Assembly (NCBI GenBank): GCA_020536535.1
Contig: JAHLWZ010000690.1
Span: forward strand, 1 to 64,000
Length of the DNA: 64,000 nt
From: Pelomyxa schiedti
Taxonomy: Eukaryota; Protista; Evosea
Direction of reading: 5' to 3'
Of this stretch, positions 53,419 through 64,000 are shown one piece after another (position 1 is the first letter of the stretch; each line of letters opens with the position of its first letter). A model generated the notes under the pieces. That model had not been told where the DNA came from. It saw only the letters and a list, made by a program, of their open reading frames with translations, and ran no database searches. The position numbers and the translations under genes were made by a program.

Positions 53419-55403
53419 TCAGGAGGAATAGGTGGAGAACACCACCTCGAATTTTTCTTGCTTGGCCGAGGTGGGGATTGGCTCCGGGTGCGTAAGAGCG
53501 TGGTGCTCTAGCTCTTCAAACGTGGTGGTGTGGTTTTCAACTCGTGCACCGATTCCGCTGTGGGTTGGTTAGTGTTTGGCATTCGCGGTTATGAAGAGGC
53601 GGACCTGTCAAAGGTGCTGTAACGTTGGCTCACCATTTGAGATAGAATTCCATCGGTGATGATGGCTGCCGCACATCGGAGTCCGTGTGCGAAAGTGTCC
53701 ATCGCACCTGAAGGCAGGTTAGTAATGAGTGGACCGGAAAGTGTGGAAAGTACTTATGTGGGAAATGAAAAGGTCTTCCACGTCAACTGATTCTCGGCGC
53801 ACTTTGCAATCGAAATTCAATCCCCCAGGGGCAATCCCTCCTTGCCTGCAAGGGTTGTCAAAAGATATTACTTATTAGATCCAGAGTACTTGATGACAGC
53901 ATGCATGAGTAGAGTAGCTTTCTTAACATCCATGTTGAATTGATCAGTATCCCAACCAACCTAAAACAATTTAAGCGCTCGACTGACAGACAAATATTCG
54001 CACCATGTTATCACCTGTGTTTGCGTCAATGCTGCCCAGCATTCCACACATGGACGAGACAATGATGTCATGCTCATAATCGTGGCCCGCCAGAGTTGTG
54101 TGATTTGGTTCAATGTTAAGTTTGAACTCTGACTCTAGCCCATGCTGCCGGAGGAATCCGATTGTAGTCTGAGCGTCTTGATGGGTTAGGTTTTATGCCT
54201 CTGACAGGAGTAGAAGTTTACCATAGTCGTATTGGTGCTTTGTAGGTTCCCTTGGTTTAGGCTCTATGAGAAACACCCCTTCAAACCCAATCTTCTTCTT
54301 ATAAGCTACAGCCATCCTGTGAATTTCTTTAGTGGAACATCACATTGCCTCTGAGGCACTTTAGGAACGAAGCAAAGTGGTCCAATTCTCTGGGAATGTT
54401 TGTGTTAAGAACTGATTGGTAGCCCTCACGTCCACCCCAGAACACATAGTTTTGGCCTCCAAGTTCTTTGGTGACCTACAGACAAGTAAACATGGAATTT
54501 GAGCTCAAATTTCAAATCTGCACCTCTATAGCTTTCTTTACTTGGGCGGCAGCATAAGCAAAAACGTTTGCATCAGGGTTTGTAGCTGCACCATTCTAGA
54601 AGAAATTAAATACTGCAGGTAACTGTTAAAATCCTGTACCATGTAGCGCTGAAAAACATTACATTAGTGGCAAAAGGAGGAAAAAAAAACTCATACAGGG
54701 TGCCCAAATAAGTTTGCTGTTCCCCAAAGCAATTTTATTCCAGTGAGAGCCTGCAAAGCTTTTGCTTCTTGGACTACTTGATCTAGGAGAGTATTTGTTT
54801 CTGCCAGTGTTTCCCCAGTAGGGGCGATGTCTCGATCATGGAAAGTCCAGTACTCAACACCTATCCTGTATAACTTTAATTTCTGTCTTGTTCCGGATGA
54901 AGAGCAAACCTCTGCATGAAATCGAAGGCAACGCGAATTCGCCTGATGGCATTGTCCAACGAATTAGAGCCATCGTCCCACGGCCTGTTTATTGTTCCTT
55001 GTCCAAACTGAACCAATTTAAGAAGATAACAAAAAGGGGAAAAACCGTACCATGTCGAGACCATTTCCCCTGAAAGTGTGCCAGTAACAAACGGCAAATC
55101 TAAGCCACTCTTTCATCGGTTTACCAAGGATTACCTCGTCAGCGTTGTAGTACCTGGGATCTCGTTTTAAACAAGCGTAGGGGTAAAAAAACGCCACAAC
55201 CTAAAGGCGAGGCTAGGAGTACGAGCACCAGTTGACGGTGAGGCACTAACACCAACGTAAGGGATCTTCCTCGGGATTCCTTAACGACACGAAAAAAAGA
55301 ACACAATGAGGACAGCTCGTTGATTTTTATATTATTAACGAGATAAACCTGCATCATCAAAAAAGTGTTGCACGCCGGTGAGTGCTGTCGTTGTTGTGGC
55401 CAT
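53419..55403 (-). CDS. xylA: Xylose isomerase (class II), about a dozen introns
   Basis: [31 protein letters not shown]|RYM|[66 protein letters not shown]. Confidence 0.97.
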
Positions 55404-55533
55404 TTGTTTTTTTTTTGTTTCAACCGGTGAAAAGACACTTTTGATGGCGATCAGAGAATAATGATGGTTTTTTTCTGCCATTTGGTTTTAAAAAGGGCTC
55501 GGATAGGTGGCAGAGAAAGGGTTGTGAAGGATG

Positions 55534-58500
55534 TTATTTCTTCATCATTGCCTGCAAAGTGTGATTTACGAGGGTGCAGAGATTGGTTCTAACCTTAATT
55601 TCAGCTGCATAACGGGAGTATATTTCGGCACGTTTCAGTTTCAATGAGGCAGTTAGCATCCCATTCTCAGCAGTCCATTGGTCACCTACAATGCAAAGAT
55701 AACTCACCCTCTCTATTCTAGTCAGCTTGTTGACTTCCGGTTAGAGAAAGAGCTCATGTAAAGCACGGAATTAATTACCTTAGCACTTACTGCTGATTCC
55801 TCAAGGGAATTAAGAATGGCCTCTTTGGTGTTGGGTTCTCGGCAGGCCTCTAGGAATGATTGCATGTCCGGCTAATGTACGGAATGTGTGAATTGATAGT
55901 TTAAAGGAGGGGAATATGTACCCCGAATTTTTTCCCGAGAAGAGCCTCAATGTTGGATTTGTTGGCCACAATTATAGCAAAGGGATGAAGCTTGAGGGGA
56001 TGAGCATAAATGCATATTTGGTCCACAAAAGGACTGGTACCAAGAGCTCCTTCTATTTTTTCAAGTCTGGCCACTGTTAGAGGTTCTCTAATTGGTTTTC
56101 TTTTACGCACGCTATGTATTCGCCATGCGCCATTTTCACTATATTCCGGATTCTGTCAATTATTTCAAGAGTTCCATTTTTGTGCCACTGTAATAGATGA
56201 TTATACATTGTACGTGAAACAGGTAACTTACTCTTCCCACATCTCCAGTATGTAACCAGCCATCCTCGTCAAACGTTTCTGCCCTGAACGAAATCAATTA
56301 TTTTGACTGTTAGAAGTTATGCGGTAAATACGTCATTTTGGGTAGTTTATAATATCCCGTACTAATATTTGGTCCTCGTACACATATTTCTCCACAAGGA
56401 AGCGGCTTGGATTTGTGAGTGTAGTTGAGTTCTGGAACATCCACGAGTTTAACCTCTTTTAGTAGTTATTTCGCTGTTATACTTGGATAAATTATCTACC
56501 ACTAGGGCAAACCGGGGGTCCCACTTTACCAAATGAGTAGTCATCTGGGTAGGTACATGAAATTGTTCCACTTGATTCCGATGACCCTGTCAAACGATGT
56601 CACCTTCATTCGGAGAAAATTTTGTGGTACTGCACACCATAGCCAAATATAACAGGACAGGAAAGAAAGCAAATGAGTAGTTTGTGAGTATATCGACTCA
56701 ATGCAGCTCCTCCAATAACCACTAACTGTAATTTTCCACCGAAAGCAAGTTGTAACTTATGGAACACAAGTTTATCAAGCATCGAAATAGCAGCCCGACC
56801 TATAAGGGTGCCTCTCAATCGTCCTAGTATTGAATTTGTGAGTATATTGACTATTGACCAAGATTCGTTCATTGGTGTCTTACCAACAAAGACAAGTTTC
56901 AGCTTTAAGGCGATATGGAAAAGGATCCGTATGGGAAGAGAGGACTGGTTTGCTTTAGAGAGAATTCCTTTTACTATTTTGTCACAGACGGAAGGAACAC
57001 TTGCAAAAAACGTTGGTTGAAGCTCTGAGAAATCGCCCCGGCAGTTGTATACAGATGCATCCGTGAGGGTCCTTGGATTCTAGACAAGAATTAATAATAG
57101 ACCAAATTGCGTAGGATTATTACAGCATATCCTATCTTGGTATGCTGTGAGATTGCTAAGAATTCAGCTGCCAATTCGTAGATGTGTGCGAGTGGAAGGT
57201 AGGCTATGAGTGTGTCTCCTATGCCAACCACATGAACGCAGGAAACAATTGCACCAATCACGTTCTTATGTGTAAGCATTACACCCTTGGGGGAACCTGT
57301 TGTGCCGCTTGTATAACTGACAAAGTAAATAACCGTGATGATTTAAAGGAGGCTAGGCATACATAATGACTGCTATATCGTCTGGACCAGGAGGGTTGTG
57401 CTTCCTGGGTTTCGATTCCCCAAGTTTGAGAAACTCGTCAAAGGAATAAACATTCAAGCTTGATTCAGTGAGCCTGGAAAGAATATGTGCAGTAGGGGTC
57501 TTTCCTCTGTATATAATTATCCGCAGATGGAACGTGTAAGTTCTAGAATTTAGTAGTTCTACGAACTAGATGCTCTATGAGGAAAAGAAAGGGTATGAGA
57601 GTCATACACTCTCCAAAAGTTCGGTTCCAATAAACAGGACCTCCATGGCTGTTTCGGCTATGATATGGGCAGCACCGGGAACACCCAGATTGGTGTAAAT
57701 GGTAGCAGCAGTAGCCTTAACAGCGACCACAGCATTGAACATGAGCATCCATTCTACACAAGTATCACACCAGAACCCAACAATTTGTGAGGCCTCAGGG
57801 AACTCAAAAGTAGCCGTGCAAGATGAAAAAGGGAGGGCACTAGTTACTCCAACATTTTGAAGAGCTGCACTAAGAGTGTCCACAATAGCTCCAGCTTGTC
57901 TGCTCGAAATCCACTCATAAGGTGAGAGTTCATAAAGCGTTAATTTGTCCTGTTGGAAAAAGAAATTTTGAACAAAAAACAAGCGTGACTTCAGAAACCT
58001 CTCTAATTTTGGTCCCAAGTACTTTGCGGGAGCCGAAAAGTGGCTTGTCAGGTACCTCCGAAACTGAGGTCCAAAATATCTCATACAGAGTTTTGAATTT
58101 GCCTGGACCCAAGATAGGAGGGCACAAGGGTGCCAAGAGTCCACAGTCAGCTAGTAGTGTTTTGCGGCAACGTGGAGCACATGTTGATGTTCGTGGCAAT
58201 AACCACACTGAAGAACTATCCCCTCCTGCTACAAAACCAGTCAACAAGTAAAAAGCAAGTAAACAGTAATAGAATGCAGGAATACTTACTTACTAACATA
58301 CCCACACTTGTACTTCATATTAGTGATTACCCATAATTTGGATGGGGGAGGATAACAATGCAGTGATTACACACCACCCACAACGGCAGTTGGCTGGCTC
58401 AACAGAGATCGCCGGCGTCCCCACCGCCGTCCCCACTTCCCCCTCGTCCTCGGGCCCGTGCCTGTCGTCGCCGACGGGGTTCCAAGTCCCGTCGTCGTGA

Positions 58501-58702
58501 AAATGCACGAGGAGGCTGAGGAGCCCACGCCGGCCAGCGCGGCCACGATCAGATTCACGACAACCACCACGACGAGAACAACCCTCCAGAATCCTCCACG
58601 GCCACAATTCGGTCGGGGAGCTGGGCCTGCGCCCTCCACCTCCTCCTCGGAATCACACATGCAACCCCTGGCGCCGTTATGGGACGACACTGTGCTGCCC
58701 AT
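55534..58702 (-). CDS. Long-chain acyl-CoA synthetase (ACSL/FAA family)
   Basis: AVIM|YTSGTTGSPKGVMLTHKN, YLPLAHIYE, GYG|STES, GEICVRGPN, GWLHTGDVG, IIDR..IVKMAHGEYI; N-terminal MGSTVS myristoylation-like signal. Confidence 0.93.
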
Positions 58703-59025
58703 TGCAATGCTTTGTGAGTGACTCACTGCAAAAAAAAATAATTATGCCCCTTGGCTAAACCACGTCGACGCTCAAACATGGTGAAGTAGTCACCAAAAGT
58801 ACGGTTCGTTGAATTGATGTTTGCGAAGTTTCCTTTACAGAGAAGGTTATGCCTCAGGCCAGATCTCCCTGAGTGGGTTCGGGGGGGGTAGAGCTGGGCC
58901 GGGGTGCTCTCGTTCACACGTAGTCACCACGTTAGAATTCGGAGACAGGGGACAGCGTACTCGGGTCGTTCTGTTCGTTACAAGCGAATCGGATCAAAAA
59001 AGTGCCCCATCAACAAACAACGAAC

Positions 59026-62000
59026 ATGTCCACGTCTTCGCTGGCGGATCTGCTCGGGGTCAGTGCGGCGTCGCTGCCCCCCATCGTCATCGGGGGGGCT
59101 TCTGCGCCTCCTCCTCCTCCCACCACCTCGGCTTCGTCGGCGTCGGCCACCGCGCGCACCTCGGCCGGCGCGGCGTCGTTCCCCTCGGCCTCGTCCTCGA
59201 TGGTGTACGGGGGGGCCTCGTCGTCGCTGGCGTCGCTGCCCGGGTACAACGCGGCGGACGACCTGTCAGACCTGCTGCGCGGGGACGGCCTCGCTGGGTC
59301 CGCCATCCGCGACGCGCAGCTGGCCAGGAAGCCCGGCCTCGCGGAGCGCCTGGGGATGAGGAGGACGGCCAAGGGCGGCGGCGAAGACGGCGACGACGAG
59401 GACGACGACGACCCCGACGTGCTGAGGCTGCCGCCGAAATCTATGTTCCCGGACATGTTGGTTGCTATGCCCTGGGAGAAGGTGGTCATCTTCCCCCCCT
59501 CCTAACTACTGTTCTAATTGCAATTGCCAATTCCATTTTGAAAATTGCAACCGCCAGCTACAATTTTCAACTGCATCGGGCACACAACTCTTTTTTTTGT
59601 GAATTGTCTATTTGTCCTATTTGTTAGTGTATTGTAACGACGCCAATAGGAAACTGAGCAACAGACGGAAATCGTCGATGAGAAAGTGGAAGACATCCAA
59701 TCTGATGATGAAGAAGTAACAGAAGTTCACGAACATGGTTGACTTTATTTTACTTTTTTTTCCCTCTCAACAAATTCAAGTTGAACTGGAATCGGACATT
59801 GAGGAAGAGAACAGCGAAGGAGAAGAAGAACCACTCCTCAAGTATAAGAGACTGGTAATTTTCTCTTTTAAAAACTTACAAAAACTTATCAAACCAACAA
59901 TAGGAGGGAGCTGGTTCAGTCCCTGCATTTCTACAACAGCATCCCAATCCATCATGTCTCTTGTGTCACAAGGACATTCTGGTGCAACCTTCATTCAAAA
60001 ACAAATTTTCTCATTGTACATCAGATCATTGGATTTACAGATGGAACTATTGCCCACATTCACCAGCAAAGTGGCGGAATTTTTAAAAATTACAAGTAAT
60101 CTCCTTTGTGAGACTTTTCCAAACTGATGGTTCCCCCAGTCTTCACCCAGAAAGAACAAACTGCGCCAGTGTGGATAGCAGTGGAACCTTTGCTGCGTTC
60201 TGTTATGAAGATGGTTAGCCGCACCGTCATCTTTTTTTTTTTCTCATTCGGGAATTCTATCACTTTAGGTAAAATAATCACAACCTCTCTGGATTCTCCA
60301 GGATCTGTAAATACAACCTCTATCGATATTCATAAGCCCGTGCAATTTGTAGCAATAAGTCCGCATTATAACACTGCCAAACGTCAGGTATCACTATTTT
60401 ATCCAAGTCCCTTCTGATTTCCAAAGATTTGCTTTGCAGTTGGAAATTCTGTAATTTTGCGTGAAATGAAGTCTGTCCTCGGAATTCCTCGTTCTTCTGA
60501 CAAAATTCTCTGTGCTTCCCCAAGTCCTATTCTTGGCCTCAAGTGGAGAGGGTGTGTTGTTAAATGTGAGTTGTGCACCATCAGAGAGTGAGAGTCTCAT
60601 CTACTCACTCCTAGGAACTTCGTTGCTTTTTCCACTCAAGACAAATTTACTGTTTGTGATATCTGGGGTAACTCGATATATTCCCACTCATTTCCAGCCC
60701 CTTGCTCGTATTGCTGTTTTTCCTGGGAAAGTGATACTAGACTAGTCATATCCTATGACAAAACTGTAGTTAGCTTGAAATTGGTATGAAATCTCTTAGT
60801 GTTAATATCCTTATTGCCTTTAGGATATTAAAGGAAAGCACGAAGTTACAATGTCTCCTTCTATTATGCATCATGGGCTCTAATTTTTACTGTAGATTCA
60901 CCGCCGCTGTCTTAGCACATGGCATTGCACCATTTGGAAACTTATTTGTTACCATGCATACCGTGGATGAAGAAAACACCCACCCTCTGGTGTCCGTTAT
61001 AAACAGTCGAGGGGATGAAATAAATGCTGACGCCCTCCCAATCACAACAGGGGACATCAAGGTAATGTCGTTCAGTTTAAATTTGCAAGTAATATTTGTA
61101 GCCTGATCAAGTACTATTTGACTTCACACTCTCCCCTGAACCTTTGTATTATGTTGTGACCCCTAGAGAAATTTTCATTGCCTCCCGGCGAGATCCTGAT
61201 GATCATATTGGTTACCTGCTGAAAGTGAATAGGTGAACTCTCAATTCTTCGTACCTTTGATGACAGAGTAAAAGATTTTTTGATGCACTACGAGATATTG
61301 AACAAAATGAAGCTCAGATCAAAAGGTGGAAATTGAACGAAGTTGGAGAAATGTATCTTGCCAAACTTGTTGGTTTGTGCTGCATGATCTTTTCAATAAT
61401 ACTAAAGAGTTGGCAGTACAACGAAAATTGAAACGAGCTGCATCTATGTGCCCACTAGTTCTACGAAAAGATAAAGAGTCTTGGCAAAAATGGGTGTTTC
61501 GCTTTGCAGAGCTTGGCTCATTGCATGTCTGCATCCTTTATGAAAAAAAAAAAAGTTAATAGTTGTCTTCGTAGGTAATTGCCCGGTATCTTCCCACGGA
61601 AGACCCTGTTTTAGAACATATGTACTACGAATTAGTGTTAAATTCTCTCATAAAGAGTAAATTCCTTATAAAAATCCTTCAATCAACATTCACCAGATGA
61701 ATCTATGTTCTTGAACATGATTAAGAAATGGCCGCCTTCACTTTACAATGCCCCGAGTATCATTCAGGTTCTGAACAGGTTTCTATTTCTTTGGTTAAGC
61801 CTATTTTAATGCTTTGGAAGGGAACTAAAAACAAACCGTTCAAAACAATTACTCCAAGCCCTAGCAGAAATGTTCATATTCCCTTTTTTCCCTTTTCCCA
61901 TATAACATACTTCAGATATTCTAAAATGAAACAGCATGACAAAGCGCTTCATGTCTTCCTACAGGCTGGAAAAGGACCAATTTTCCATCACATTCAAAAA

Positions 62001-63379
62001 TACAAGCTTTTTCAAGTTGTTGAAAGCCAAATTGTACCACTGGTCAATCTCAACCCCGAACGAGCCATAAAAATGCTTGTAGCCAATACTGACAAAGTTG
62101 ATGTATGTAATCATTGATTAGCATACAATGTTAATTCCCATTAAAAGATTCACCAAGTTGCCAAACAACTTGACACAGAAGAGACTCACCACCACCTTCT
62201 TAAATACATGCATGAATTATTTGTGAAAGATTCGAGCATGTACGATCTGGGGCAAGAAATGCACCGCTTGCAAGTCGAACTTTACTCAAAATACATATCA
62301 TCAAACTATCCACCACAGGAGCTTCAACCAAGGCAGATGAGCCTTACATCATCTGCCCCACCCCCCTCATCAACTGGACCATCTCCAAGTCTCACGGCCA
62401 GTGCACCAATGACTCCATCGGCAAGTCTTGCTGCCAGTGCTACTGAAATCGCCAAGGCAACAGCACTTGCCGTTACATCACAGCCCAAGATGTACTCACG
62501 TGATGCTCTGTTAGCATTCCTCAGGACAAGCAATTTCTACCCTCTTGAAGCTTGTAAGTTTAAGAATGCTTTTGGTGAATTCTTACACCATGGTAGGTGA
62601 AGAAGTTTGCGCAAAGTATAAAATGCACAAGGAGCAAGCTTTCATTCTAACAAGGATGGGTTCTACAAGTCAAGCTCTAAAAATTTACATGACACAAATA
62701 AGAGACATTACGGCTGTGTGCACACTGTGTGTCATTCATTTCCCTAATTTCATACACTAGGCAATTGAGTTCGTAAAGCAACAAAATGACAGTAAACTCT
62801 GGGATGAGCTTATCACTCATGCAGTACTTGCTCCGCCCGAGTCCCGATACATCACTGCACTCCTGGAGAACTTGGGTGTAGCTCTTGTGGACCCCATCAC
62901 ATTGATGAAGAGAATCCCCAATAACAAGAACATAGAAGGCGTTCGCGGCACTATGATTAAAATTTTCGCTGATCATAACATTGAAGTATGTGCCCGCTAC
63001 CATCTCAATATAACGGGCACTAGACATCCCTAAGAGAAGGCTGTAATGCAATTCTTATTGCTGATGCTGTGGAATTATTCCAGAGTCTCCTTCATGGCCT
63101 AACCAAGGGCTTCCGTATGGATATGGAAGCCAAGTATAAATTCAATTTCATAACTAATGATTCAAACAGTGATATGAAATGTAATAACCATCACAAAAAA
63201 AAAACTCAAGGTGCATTTCCTGTGCCGGTGAAGTTATCCAAACCAAGACCACTGAGGATTTCGTTATATTTTACTGTGGTCACGTTGCCCACATGAGATG
63301 CAGTGTACATGACAAAGTATACTCCCAAGAAGCTCCACACACAACACTAACTGGGAGGGGAAAAAACCAACACTAACAC

Positions 63380-63420
<41 letters not shown>

Positions 63421-64000
63421 GACACAAGTACCCGCGAGCAACAACAACAACAGCAGCAACAATAACAACAACAACAACAACAACAACAACGCGGAAGCCG
63501 AAGCGGAAGAGGACGACGAGGACAGCGACGACGACGCGGCCGGCAGCGACGATGACATGGACGCAGCCCGTGCCGCCGCCGTAAGGAACGCCAGAAGAAT
63601 GAGCGTCGTCCCCCAACGCCGCGCAGGTGTGTTGTTTGTTGTGTGTTGTGTGTGTTGTTGGTGTTGTTGCCTTGTTTATACTACAAGCTTCACTACTTAT
63701 TGTATAGAAAACATAGCTGTAATGTACCTACAAAGTGAATACAACAACTGCACCCAACACACTCCACTCACACCCATACAATGGTCAAATCGTTTTTTGC
63801 ACCACTTCGTACTTGCACTCACTCACACAACACAGTGCCATTGCTGGCTGGAATGAAGCACATATTCTCGTGCCCGTCGTGCAACAGCTTGACGATGCAA
63901 AAGAAGAGGCTGGAGGAGAGGCAGAAGCAAAGGGTGCTGCGCCTACAGCGAGCCAAGCAGCGGGCCATAAACGAGAGGCAGCTCAGGGAGCAGCACAAGC
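59026..64000 (+). CDS. VPS41: HOPS subunit Vps41 (WD40, clathrin heavy-chain repeat, RING-H2); runs off window end
   Basis: EEPLLKYKRL, HRLQVELYS, LLAFLRTSNFYPLE, AIEFVKQQNDSKLWDELI, C..C...CGH..H..C ... CPSC. Confidence 0.9.
63381..63490 (+). repeat. (AAC)n microsatellites encoding poly-Q/poly-N
   Basis: Read directly. Confidence 0.95.

Overview
This is gene-dense eukaryotic DNA with very short introns (mostly ~40-90 nt) and GC-rich, low-complexity first exons. It carries flagellar genes (IFT56/TTC26, a dynein-intermediate-chain-like WD40 protein) and a lipoate ligase with a presequence-like N-terminus. By inference, not by search, it most resembles a flagellated anaerobic amoebozoan (Archamoebae, Pelomyxa-like). 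I can support about 25 protein-coding loci; their exon boundaries were worked out by hand and are approximate. The lplA/Cys-rich receptor pair is duplicated 10.25 kb apart, and copy A ends at a 100-N gap. The most unusual signals are these. (1) A circularly permuted tRNA-like domain at 27.2 kb (3' half, 11-nt linker, 5' half) inside a longer stem, resembling either a permuted tRNA gene or a bacterial YrlA Y RNA. (2) Two inverted copies of a ~1-kb GC-rich structured element with five GGCC/CGCC-centred hairpins, placed directly upstream of an identical atypical tRNA(UUG, C33) and followed by decayed tRNA repeats. (3) Further fold-back intergenic elements at 7.6 and 51.5 kb. (4) A roughly 10-fold over-represented ATTATGGG/CCCATAAT motif resembling the Dictyostelium DUSE. 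(5) A U12-type AT-AT intron. (6) A Ras/Rho-like GTPase + F-box + Vint-type Hint fusion protein.
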